Numbered from the stretch's first letter, positions 15,493-23,019 are shown. The stretch is 52,115 nt of DNA from an uncultured Planctomycetaceae bacterium (GCA_937975745.1 CALJUK010000225.1:1-52115), one strand, 5' to 3'. The notes: generated from the letters alone by a model not told the origin. Numbers and translations are program-made.

Positions 15493-16851
15493 CTACTCCT
15501 CCGGAAGCTCTCCTGACGAAGGCGTAGACTTGGCGTCCTCTCCATTCTTTAGCACGACGTGGCATCGGTCTTCATCCGAGTCAGACCGTGTTACAAACTC
15601 CAGAACGCACTGGAAGTCGTTTTCAGTCAGTACCTGCTCCAAGGCTCCAAGGCTTTCGTTGTCGAGATCGTTTCCGTGCTGGCAAATCATCAGCCGTAGG
15701 CCTGGGTGAAGTCCGATCTGGACCATTGCAGATGTCTTGATCCTCTCAGCCGTTGATGCCTGACTGAGTGGGTGGCCGTTAAGAAGCACACCCTCAGAGT
15801 CAACGCTCATCCCCTCAACGGGCCACTTCACCACAGAGAGTGCCTTCTGCTTTTGGGCGTCGATCGACTCAATCGACTTCGTAAGGCTTGCCGACTTCTT
15901 CTTGGAATCAGCCACCTTATCTCTCGCGGCCGCGACATCCTGGCGAAGCGACACCATCGCGTTCGTCTCGTTGACTCTCGATATGCGATCCTCGATCTCG
16001 TTCGTGTCCACGTCCTGGAGTTTTTCCACGGCAGTCGCCAGCTGGCTGAGCGTCTCTGTTCCCTCCGCGACTGACTCCTGCATCGTCGTGAGTTCGGATT
16101 CCAGCTCGGCAATCCGTCTCCTGAGGGACTCTACGGTTTCCTTGTCGGACGCCAATTTGGCCTCGACACTCTGCTTCTTCTTTCGCGCCTTCTCGTTTTC
16201 CGCGTTGGTCGCCTGACCTGCCTTCAACTCTTCGAGAAGGGAGCCAGCATCGACTGGTTCTTCTGGTGTCCCTTCTGGGATCTCCAACTTCTCAAGGGAT
16301 TCGAGTTCGACCTGGAGCCGCTTTACGTCACGGTTCACCCCCGTCCGCTCGTCGTAAATCTCTTTTCGCTTGGCATCAAGCTCGCCGAAGTCTAGACCGA
16401 GTAGGTCTTTCAGGATGACTGCCTGTTCCTTGGGAGGCGCCCTGTCAAACGCCAGTGGATCGAACGCCCTCAGACCCATCACTTCCTTGAGAAGCGCACG
16501 GGGAGTCGCGGACGGCTCACCTGACGAGTCGATGATTGTCACTTCGTCAACAACCCGCCCATCCCGTTTGCGGACGAGGTCAAGTTGCACTTTGATGCCC
16601 TCGTCAACACCCGTGATCTCGCTGCCGTGCAGGCCAACCACGACCCTTCCTTCGTTCTCGCCATCTTTGAGTAAAATCTCAGGCCAATCGGCGTCCCGCT
16701 TCCCACACAAAGCGCACATCAACGCTGTTAGGGCGGACGACTTCCCGTGGCCGTTCTCACCCCCGATCAACACAAGGTGCTGCCCTCTCATGTCGACCTT
16801 CAGGTCAGAAACTCGCATCACGTTATGCACTTCAAACGCTTCAACTCTCAT
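15493..16851 (-). CDS. SMC/RecF/SbcC-like ATPase with a central coiled coil
   Basis: N-terminal Walker A GGENGHGKSS, long coiled-coil middle, C-terminal LMICQHGNDLD (Walker B/D-loop-like). Confidence 0.7.
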   Translation of the reverse strand: MRVEAFEVHNVMRVSDLKVDMRGQHLVLIGGENGHGKSSALTALMCALCGKRDADWPEILLKDGENEGRVVVGLHGSEITGVDEGIKVQLDLVRKRDGRVVDEVTIIDSSGEPSATPRALLKEVMGLRAFDPLAFDRAPPKEQAVILKDLLGLDFGELDAKRKEIYDERTGVNRDVKRLQVELESLEKLEIPEGTPEEPVDAGSLLEELKAGQATNAENEKARKKKQSVEAKLASDKETVESLRRRIAELESELTTMQESVAEGTETLSQLATAVEKLQDVDTNEIEDRISRVNETNAMVSLRQDVAAARDKVADSKKKSASLTKSIESIDAQKQKALSVVKWPVEGMSVDSEGVLLNGHPLSQASTAERIKTSAMVQIGLHPGLRLMICQHGNDLDNESLGALEQVLTENDFQCVLEFVTRSDSDEDRCHVVLKNGEDAKSTPSSGELPEE

Positions 16852-16853
16852 AG

Positions 16854-17510
16854 CTACTTCGTCTCCTGGGATAGTTGTGACTTCTCAATTTCCTCTGTGC
16901 GGGACTCAACTTCGCCAACCAATCGAGAACCTACTTCCGGTGTGATCGTGCCGGTCGCCGCCATCTGCTCAATTCGAGATCGAAACTTCTTCAGCGTGCT
17001 CGTGTCCATTGCCGTTCTGATCTTGCCGCGGATCTCAGACTCAGTGGTCTCCGCGTCCCCAAACTCCGTTTCGCGATCCCTGACATAGGCATCGTCCTCA
17101 AACTTCCCTGCGAACACATCCGCGTTGAAGCCGAGGTACGACAGCGCCTTCGACCGGGCCATCGTCATCAACTTCTTAGCCGTGTCGTCTGTCGGTCGCA
17201 TCCGCAGGTCTACGGCGATTGGAAACTGATGCGGCTCACCATCGAGCGGGTAACGAAATGTCGCCGTAAGCAACAGGTTCGTACCGCCATCAACGGGGAT
17301 TGGGTTGAACACGAGGTCGTAAAGTCCCCACGCCACACCGTACGGGCCAAACCGCCTCGTCGCCTCTTCAAGCTGGTAGGTCGGGTCGATCGCCGTGAAT
17401 GCGAACTTCCCGTTATGGACTTCTTTTGTGTGCCCCGGATTCGTCTTGCAGACCTGATTCCAGAGTGCCATTGGGTCTTCGTCGTGCCTAAGTGGCTGCA
17501 ACTCGCTCAT
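16854..17510 (-). CDS. putative single-strand annealing protein (Rad52/ERF-superfamily-like)
   Basis: Sits immediately downstream of the YqaJ exonuclease gene. KKLMTMARSKALSYLGF resembles an annealing-protein motif. Confidence 0.4.
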   Translation of the reverse strand: MSELQPLRHDEDPMALWNQVCKTNPGHTKEVHNGKFAFTAIDPTYQLEEATRRFGPYGVAWGLYDLVFNPIPVDGGTNLLLTATFRYPLDGEPHQFPIAVDLRMRPTDDTAKKLMTMARSKALSYLGFNADVFAGKFEDDAYVRDRETEFGDAETTESEIRGKIRTAMDTSTLKKFRSRIEQMAATGTITPEVGSRLVGEVESRTEEIEKSQLSQETK

Positions 17511-18159
17511 CGCCTATCTTCCCTTCCTCAAGCTTGGATAAACGTGACTCCACCATTTTCAGGAAGAGGCGGGTCCTTCTACGGAAGTCACCTATCAAGT
17601 CCTCGTCGCGTTGGACGCGAATGATCGAGATTCGAGCCAGCTTCGGCATCCGGGGATCGAATGACACGAAGTCCCACCATGACCGACCAGTGACCCATAG
17701 AAGACCCTGTATCTGGTGCTCATAGTCACGAGGGACCGTGCCGTTGAGGGCGTAGTCAACATGGTTCTTTGAGTTGAACGGGCATTTGATCTCTACCCCG
17801 CCATCGTCGTCGATCAGGCCGTCTGGTGAACCGCCAACCCATTGTGAAAACTCTTCCTCGCAGTGCGGGAGAAACCCAACCTGATTCACAGTGGCTTCTC
17901 GGCGCCAGCAGTAAAGCGCTCTCGCTTCAGGCTCGTTCTCGTTGCCCCAATCGATGGCTTTGAAGTTGCCAATGCTCTCCTGGGGCTCATTCGTGAGCCG
18001 CTCGACGACGAGGTCATTCACATAGCCGAGGGCCACCTTACCCCACGGCTCCCTCCGCCCCTTCGCCATCACATCCGACATCCGACTGGCTGTCACCTTC
18101 CCCAGGCGGGCCTTGAACCACTCCGGTGTCCCCTGAATTACGTCCTGCGGCTCCATCAA
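17488..18159 (-). CDS. YqaJ/lambda-Exo-like PD-(D/E)xK exonuclease
   Basis: GTPEWFKARLGKVTASRMSDV and GGSPDGLIDDDGGVEIKCP. Confidence 0.8.
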   Translation of the reverse strand: MMEPQDVIQGTPEWFKARLGKVTASRMSDVMAKGRREPWGKVALGYVNDLVVERLTNEPQESIGNFKAIDWGNENEPEARALYCWRREATVNQVGFLPHCEEEFSQWVGGSPDGLIDDDGGVEIKCPFNSKNHVDYALNGTVPRDYEHQIQGLLWVTGRSWWDFVSFDPRMPKLARISIIRVQRDEDLIGDFRRRTRLFLKMVESRLSKLEEGKIGDERVAAT

Positions 18160-18685
18160 TGTCTTCCTGAGAGATACGAAACAGGTCTAGAACTCGAAGC
18201 ACATCCCGGCGGCTTTTGACAGGCACCAGGAACGCGTACCCAAGATCATTCCCCATGCAAAATGCGAACTCTCCGTCTGTTGTGTCGGTAAGCTCGATCG
18301 AATGAATATCAGCACGACCATCACCTTCCCCAACCCTGAACTCTTTGTTCAGAACCCCATGTCCGAGGCACCACTCTGTGGTCAGAGGAGCGTCCACCTG
18401 ACGCGCGTCGATCACCCAGTCACCGATATGATCGTCACCAGACCAAGCACCCTTTAAGTGCCATTGGGCACCGTTACTCCTGGCTTCTGTGATTGTGGAA
18501 CACAACAACAGCAGAGCGCCCATGATGGTTACATCGTACTCACCGTCTGTCGGGAAGCTCGCGCAGTCGACCTTGTCTCTAATGGACAGCGCAGCGTATT
18601 TGCACATCTTTCCGAGTGCTGCATCGCCCCAATCGAGAAACGAATATGCTTCTCGTTCCTCATCAGTAATTTTCAGTTCGGCCAT
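18038..18685 (-). CDS. hypothetical protein
   Basis: 215-aa ORF with GGAGG SD. The last ~40 aa are low-complexity and overlap the exonuclease start by 122 nt. Confidence 0.5.
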   Translation of the reverse strand: MAELKITDEEREAYSFLDWGDAALGKMCKYAALSIRDKVDCASFPTDGEYDVTIMGALLLLCSTITEARSNGAQWHLKGAWSGDDHIGDWVIDARQVDAPLTTEWCLGHGVLNKEFRVGEGDGRADIHSIELTDTTDGEFAFCMGNDLGYAFLVPVKSRRDVLRVLDLFRISQEDIDGAAGRNSGDTGVVQGPPGEGDSQSDVGCDGEGAEGAVG

Positions 18686-18702
18686 CTAGTCACCTCCGAC
18701 CT

Positions 18703-18723
18703 CACTATCGGGCGACACTCCAG
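18703..18723 (-). promoter_or_regulatory. bipartite promoter-like motif (copy F)
   Basis: Minus strand CTGGAGTGTCGCCCGATAGTG, then GAGGTCGGAGGTGACTAG-ATG(18685). Sits directly after terminator 18733-18770. Confidence 0.6.
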
Positions 18724-18732
18724 CCGCGCACG

Positions 18733-18770
18733 AAAAAGCGGTGCCGCCCAACCAGCAGGACGAGCACCGC
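18733..18770 (-). terminator. rho-independent terminator
   Basis: Minus strand GCGGTGC (18770-18764) pairs with GCACCGC (18744-18738), then T5 (18737-18733). The 19-nt loop is large. Confidence 0.65.
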
Positions 18771-18811
18771 TACCCGATTTGGCACCTCTGTGACTGAGGC
18801 ACGGCGCAACG

Positions 18812-19063
18812 TTACGGACCATCCTCACCCTTGGTCAAGAACTCCAGGGCTCTTTGTGACCAATCCACGAGCTTTCGAAGGCTGCCCTCGTTCAAAACGA
18901 CATCGAGCACGACTGAGCTTCCATCCGTAGAAAGTTCCTCATCGTCGCACTCCACGGAAACCATCACCTTTCCCGATTCGCTTCCAGGGATGAATTCCTC
19001 TAGCCAGAGTTTGTCTCCATCACTCACAACACACGGTATCGATTCCTTTGGGAGAACCGTCAT
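18812..19063 (-). CDS. acidic hypothetical protein
   Basis: ORF 18812..19126. Internal ATG19063 is preferred because the longer form runs antisense to the conserved N-terminus of the plus-strand gene. Confidence 0.45.
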   Translation of the reverse strand: MTVLPKESIPCVVSDGDKLWLEEFIPGSESGKVMVSVECDDEELSTDGSSVVLDVVLNEGSLRKLVDWSQRALEFLTKGEDGP

Positions 19064-19496
19064 GATCGCTCTCTTTCGTGGTGTTTCCTGTGTTAGTTGG
19101 GCCGTCCGATGGCAGACGCGAAGCATTTACTCTCATGCTGCTCTGGTCACGAACCATGGAACGTTGATCGAGGCCGTGGAGTTTGTTGGCGTTCGGGAAC
19201 GGGCGATCCGGAAAACCGACAAGTACGACCTGTTCTCAGTCGAAGGCCTGACCCCTGAGAAGCTCAACATTGCCACAGATGTCACAAGAAGTCTAATCGG
19301 AAAACCGTACGACTATCTGTCTGTTCTGCGGTTCCTTTCCCGGAGAAAACCCAGCCACAACAATCGCTGGTTCTGCTCAGAGCTTGTGTTCGCGGCGATG
19401 GAATCAGTCGGTATCAAGCTGCTCGATCGGATCACGGCCGCCGAGGTCTCCCCCAAGCTCCTCTCGATCTCCCCGCTGCTCTGTCCTGTTTCGTGA
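19062..19496 (+). CDS. permuted papain-fold (YiiX/YaeF, C92-like) hydrolase
   Basis: Internal ATG of ORF 18831..19496 with GGGAG SD at 19050-19054. His-before-Cys order: IYSHAALV ... GKPYD ... WFCSELVF. Confidence 0.6.
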   Translation: MIALFRGVSCVSWAVRWQTRSIYSHAALVTNHGTLIEAVEFVGVRERAIRKTDKYDLFSVEGLTPEKLNIATDVTRSLIGKPYDYLSVLRFLSRRKPSHNNRWFCSELVFAAMESVGIKLLDRITAAEVSPKLLSISPLLCPVS

Positions 19497-19653
19497 CGGC
19501 CTGCTTCGTGGGAATGATCCACCGAACGAAAAACGCCACACCATTAACATCCAGATCGACCAGCGATCTTCGTTGTCCTTCGGGGTGTAGAGGCTCACTC
19601 GCGCAACACCCAAGCACGGCCATCCCCAAAGGGTGACTTCGTACTGGTGCGAT

Positions 19654-20337
19654 TCACTTGGGCCGAACGCTTCCATCACGGCTCCTGAGAAGGTTCAAGA
19701 ACGGCTCTTCGATCATGTGCAGCTTCTTGTGAAGGTCTTTCCGCAGGTAGAGCACGTCGAACTGAATCAGCACTCCGTCAATGAAGTGCTGTTCGGACAT
19801 GAGGATGGGGACGAAGTCCTTCAGTAAGGGAAGCACCTCGGCAATGCTCGCCCCCTCGTTGTACTCCACGAGTGGGAGTTCTATGAGGATCAGGGATGTG
19901 GTTTTCAGCGTGTCCCTCGCGCCCCTCAGAACCGCAGACTCAGACCCCTGCACGTCGATCTTGATGAAGTCCGGCCGACCCAACCCTCTACTCACCGCAT
20001 TGTCAATCGTGAAGGTGGGGATCTCCTGCGGCTCAACACCGTCGTAGGCCGCCGTCTGCTCCTGGCACACAGAATCACCCGTCCCACCGGTCGCACTGAA
20101 CGGGACCATCGCAACGCTCCCGTCATGTGCCGCATATCCCGTGAGGAACGGAAAGCCGGCCTGTGCAAGTACCTCGTCGTGGTCCTTGTTGGCTTCGAAC
20201 AGAACGAACTCGCTATCCCGAAGAACTCGCTTCATGTGCCTGGACCAAATCCCTTTGTGCGCGCCGATGTCGTAGACCCTGTCGATCTGGAGGCCAGCTT
20301 CGACCAGCCCTCTAACCTTGTCCTGCAGCGCCTTCAT
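19654..20337 (-). CDS. FkbM-family SAM-dependent methyltransferase
   Basis: VYDIGAHKG and FIKIDVQGSESAVLRG. ATG20337 overlaps the upstream stop (ATGA). Confidence 0.7.
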   Translation of the reverse strand: MKALQDKVRGLVEAGLQIDRVYDIGAHKGIWSRHMKRVLRDSEFVLFEANKDHDEVLAQAGFPFLTGYAAHDGSVAMVPFSATGGTGDSVCQEQTAAYDGVEPQEIPTFTIDNAVSRGLGRPDFIKIDVQGSESAVLRGARDTLKTTSLILIELPLVEYNEGASIAEVLPLLKDFVPILMSEQHFIDGVLIQFDVLYLRKDLHKKLHMIEEPFLNLLRSRDGSVRPK

Positions 20338-20789
20338 TGAAACTGACTCCTGTACTTGGCTTTGGCATGTCGCCCCAATGCCCCACGGGACCACTTCCAC
20401 CGAGCACCCTTAATCTTCTTGCAGACACGACATGTCCACCGTTTCAACTTGTGGTTTCTTCTAAGCGGTCCGCCACAACCAGGACACTTGCACCAAACCA
20501 CTTTCTTGCGAGGGGACTCAGGAAAATGAACTGACTCGTGACATGAATCACATAGCGACCGCAACGCATCTATCGAATCACCCGTCATTGAATCTTTGTC
20601 GTACGAGTTATGGTGAACTACCGCCGCTCTTGCACCGCACGAACAGAAGTACCCATCTCGCTTCAGAACCCTGGCGCGTATGGCCTTCCACATGTCTGAG
20701 TTGAGGTAATCAAGATATGACTCAAACCCCATGTCGGACAAAACTTGAGTCCTTTCCTTGACCGAAGGACCTCTCCAACCTCGTCTCAT
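20334..20789 (-). CDS. HNH endonuclease-like Cys-rich protein
   Basis: LNSDMWKAIRARVLKRDGYFCSCG...VHH...LCDSCHESVH, with an extra CPGCG...CRVC. GGAGGAG SD precedes ATG20789; the ORF track starts at TTG20834. Confidence 0.6.
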   Translation of the reverse strand: MRRGWRGPSVKERTQVLSDMGFESYLDYLNSDMWKAIRARVLKRDGYFCSCGARAAVVHHNSYDKDSMTGDSIDALRSLCDSCHESVHFPESPRKKVVWCKCPGCGGPLRRNHKLKRWTCRVCKKIKGARWKWSRGALGRHAKAKYRSQFQ

Positions 20790-21148
20790 AGCTCCTCCAG
20801 TCGGCGGTTTCACAGTGACGAGAGCACAGCTCAATTGACCGCCGACAAAACAAACCTGACTTCGACAAGTGGTTCGCGCACCGACCCCGTCAAGGGCCGG
20901 GTATTAGTCATCTGACTTGCGACAATGGGACAGAAGACCGGCCAGGACTGGCTTTGATATCGGAGTCATCCTGGCTTGCACCCGCACTCCGTTCCCACGT
21001 GAATTCCGACCCGGACGTCGTACACCGATCGGCATGGAAAATCTCTGCCCGTTGTCCCGCTGAGGACAGGCTAGGCGGGCCCTGCTGATGCCATCGGAAC
21101 GGCTCCTGTCAGCTCAGGTTGAGCAATTGGGCTCTATGTACGCGCACG

Positions 21149-21192
21149 AAAAAAGCCACAAATGAGTAGTGCGGTACTCAAATGTGGCTTTT
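21149..21192 (-). terminator. rho-independent terminator, usable in both directions
   Basis: GCCACA/TGTGGC plus TGAGTA/TACTCA two-part stem (21155-21188), flanked by A6 (T6 on the minus strand) and T4. Lies 50 nt downstream of the tRNA on the minus strand. Confidence 0.8.
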
Positions 21193-21241
21193 GGCTCGCC
21201 GTGGCCGGCAAGTTTTCCTGTCCTGTCCGCACACAGGTAAG

Positions 21242-21313
21242 TTGCTCGGGCTGGATTCGCACCAGCGATCTTCAGGGTATGAACCTGACGAGATACTACT
21301 TCTCCACCGAGCG
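21242..21313 (-). tRNA. tRNA-Met (anticodon CAT), initiator-like, with non-canonical D and T loops
   Basis: Hand fold: CGCTCGG TG GAGA AGTAGTA TCTC G TCAGG TTCATAC CCTGA AGATC GCTGG TGCGAAT CCAGC CCGAGCA A. All four stems pair. Has C1xA72 and A11:T24. Confidence 0.6.
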
Positions 21314-21357
21314 GATACGACTCTGCCAAAAGTTCGACAGTCCGTCAAGTGACGTTC

Positions 21358-21570
21358 TCAAAACCATCTCCATCCTGGCGGCATGGGCTCGTCGGGCATG
21401 AGCACAGCGGACTCATCCGTGCGAGGGTTGATCGCCAATCGACCGCCACCCCATCTCTTGCCGCACTTCGTGCACTCCCCCGCCATTCCCGAGTAAGAAA
21501 CTCCATCTGACACATGCCGTGTCACATGAAACTTACCGTGGAACATCCAGCAAAAAATGAGTCTCAGCAT
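21358..21570 (-). CDS. small hypothetical protein
   Basis: 70-aa ORF with AAGGGG SD 9 nt upstream. Lies between RNA elements. Confidence 0.3.
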   Translation of the reverse strand: MLRLIFCWMFHGKFHVTRHVSDGVSYSGMAGECTKCGKRWGGGRLAINPRTDESAVLMPDEPMPPGWRWF

Positions 21571-21709
21571 TGAAATTCCCCTTCATTCTCGCGCCCATCC
21601 CTGGGCCTTTCACCACGATTCCTAACGCTCAGGGGGGTAACCCAACTCTCCAGTGAATGTTTATCACAAAATGTCACTGCTATTGGAGTTGCGTCGAGTT
21701 TCAGTTCCC

Positions 21710-21749
21710 AAAAACACCGTGCTATTTGGGAAAAACACCGTGCTATTTG
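21710..21749 (+). repeat. tandem direct repeat, 2 x 19 nt with 21-nt period
   Basis: AAAAACACCGTGCTATTTG at 21710-21728 and 21731-21749, plus a degenerate third copy (cactgctattgg) near 21675-21686. Confidence 0.9.
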
Positions 21750-21900
21750 AGGCCACTCCGGGAATCGAACCCGGAACCCAAAGGTTGCTTCAAGGTCGTC
21801 AAGCGGTTGCCCGCCTCATGGACTCCACAGTTCCCCTGGTGCGCGTGCCCGTCCCCAACGCCTAGCCGTTTCGCTCGACACTCAGCGCGGACAAGTGGCC
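21750..21900 (-). ncRNA. tRNA-like structured element R (non-canonical, about 150 nt)
   Basis: Minus strand: 5' GGCCACT (21900-21894) ... AACC-TTTG-GGTT, CCGGG-TTCGATT-CCCGG, AGTGGCC (21757-21751), T. Internal GNRA hairpin GGCGG-GCAA-CCGCT (21815-21802). Confidence 0.35.
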
Positions 21901-21910
21901 GTCCTTGATC

Positions 21911-22070
21911 GGTGCCCCGTGAGGGGTTCGAACCCTCGTGACTCTCGCAGTCACCCGTCCACTCACGCCCGTCGACGCTCGCTTCGCAAAGCTTCCTGAA
22001 TGAGAGATGCAGGCTCCGTGGCGTACGATCCACATTGCGAGCACGCTGGCACCCATGCCAGCCTCAGGGC
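21911..22070 (-). ncRNA. tRNA-like structured element S (non-canonical, about 157 nt)
   Basis: Minus strand: GCCCTGA GG CTGG-CATGGGTG-CCAG ... GCTT-TGCG-AAGC ... GTGAC-TGCGAGA-GTCAC, GAGGG-TTCGAAC-CCCTC, ACGGGGC A CC. Confidence 0.35.
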
Positions 22071-22077
22071 ATCACTT

Positions 22078-22398
22078 CTAGTTGTGTTCGCCAATAACGG
22101 TCGTCTTCCCCGCCTCGTTGAGACGGGCCTCGATGGCACCGGAAAGCAAATCTGCCTCATCTTCCCCGTCAGCATCCCGCAAGAACGCATGGAGCTTCTT
22201 CATTACTCGAACGCCTTGTTTGTAAGAGTCCCCCCGAATATTTGGATGAGACAAGGCGAGAGTCATCATCGTCGTCAAGCCCGCGAGTTCCTCAAATGTT
22301 AGCACGATGTCGCACGTTCGACGTCCGCCCTGCCCTTGGAATGCATCCATGATTCGTTCCGCGAGCTGCTCGCCCGACATCGCTCGAAATTTGCTCAT
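22078..22398 (-). CDS. hypothetical protein
   Basis: ORF 22078..22428. ATG22398 is preferred (GGAG SD, downstream of motif G). Confidence 0.55.
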   Translation of the reverse strand: MSKFRAMSGEQLAERIMDAFQGQGGRRTCDIVLTFEELAGLTTMMTLALSHPNIRGDSYKQGVRVMKKLHAFLRDADGEDEADLLSGAIEARLNEAGKTTVIGEHN

Positions 22399-22432
22399 TG
22401 ATCGTCTCCGGGGCCAATTGACTTCCACCCCT

Positions 22433-22453
22433 CACTATCGAATCCAACTCCAG
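22433..22453 (-). promoter_or_regulatory. bipartite promoter-like motif (copy G)
   Basis: Minus strand CTGGAGTTGGATTCGATAGTG, 34 nt upstream of ATG22398. Confidence 0.55.
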
Positions 22454-22477
22454 CCGACCGGCTGGATTGCATCACGG

Positions 22478-22837
22478 TCATGTGGGGCACGCAGTCTTGG
22501 ACTTCTTGCGGTTGCCCCAGTTCACCCGGTTCTCGTGATGGTCTGAGTGCAAAGCCTTGAGGTGCTCGAACGGAAGTCCAAGAACCCATTCGACATTGAA
22601 CGTGCCGCGATGGTTGGGATGCTCCAGGATGTGCCTCTGGAGGCTCCGAAGAGAGCGCCCTGGCCATGACCAGTCTGACCTTCGGTCGCGATACCGGAAC
22701 TCGTAACGAACCCCATTGACCACAACAGATGGTTTCGGCTTCTCCAGCACAGCATCCGGGAGAGTGAAGTCAGCGAGTGCGATTGTACCCGCCGACAACA
22801 CCCCGGCGACCGACCCGAAGAACGACCTTCGATTCAT
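22478..22837 (-). CDS. Tat-signal secreted protein
   Basis: N-terminal MNRRSFFGSVAGVLSAGTIALA is a twin-arginine motif plus hydrophobic region. His-rich C-terminal part. Confidence 0.6.
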   Translation of the reverse strand: MNRRSFFGSVAGVLSAGTIALADFTLPDAVLEKPKPSVVVNGVRYEFRYRDRRSDWSWPGRSLRSLQRHILEHPNHRGTFNVEWVLGLPFEHLKALHSDHHENRVNWGNRKKSKTACPT

Positions 22838-23019
22838 CAGAACCCCCGAATAATTTCCAGGATCAGCGGAAGAAGACGCAGGATCATGGCGACGACACCC
22901 GACAGGCTCTTCTCAACTTCCATTTCCTCGGAGTCGCTCAGGTTCTGCGCAACCACTCCGTCAATCGCATCCGCTATGCCGATCAGAGCTTCCGAAATCT
23001 GCTCGGCTGTAGACAGCAC
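22837..23019 (-). CDS. small membrane protein (holin-like candidate)
   Basis: 60 aa with a single C-terminal hydrophobic helix, GVVAMILRLLPLILEII. TGATGA junction with the next gene. Confidence 0.4.
   Translation of the reverse strand: MLSTAEQISEALIGIADAIDGVVAQNLSDSEEMEVEKSLSGVVAMILRLLPLILEIIRGF

Noticed and set aside
21911-21960. tRNA 3' fragments acting as an attP core for integration into a host tRNA gene.
   Set aside because: No integrase or recombinase gene is visible in the window, and matching 5' acceptor strands are present, which favours expressed RNAs. This cannot be excluded without host genomes, and the adjacent 19-mer repeats keep the idea alive at low probability.
21114-22056. 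ORFs 21114..21329, 21162..21401, 21653..21908, 21743..22033 and 21862..22056.
   Set aside because: They overlap the tRNA, the terminator and the tRNA-like elements, have no SD, and their translations are Arg/Gly/Pro-rich.
21750-22070. tmRNA, one-piece or permuted two-piece, as an explanation for the tRNA-like elements.
   Set aside because: Neither acceptor stem has a G3-U70 pair. I found no plausible resume codon or tag reading frame ending in a hydrophobic tail. At 150-157 nt the elements are much shorter than known tmRNAs. The 5' strand after the S 3' end is not complementary to it.
22834-22840. CTGATGA hammerhead-core heptamer on the minus strand; also at 15687-15693 (minus) and 9052-9058 (plus).
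   Set aside because: None has a following stem II hairpin plus GAAA, or flanking stems I and III. Position 22834-22840 is just the TGATGA stop/start junction, and the other two lie inside coding sequence.
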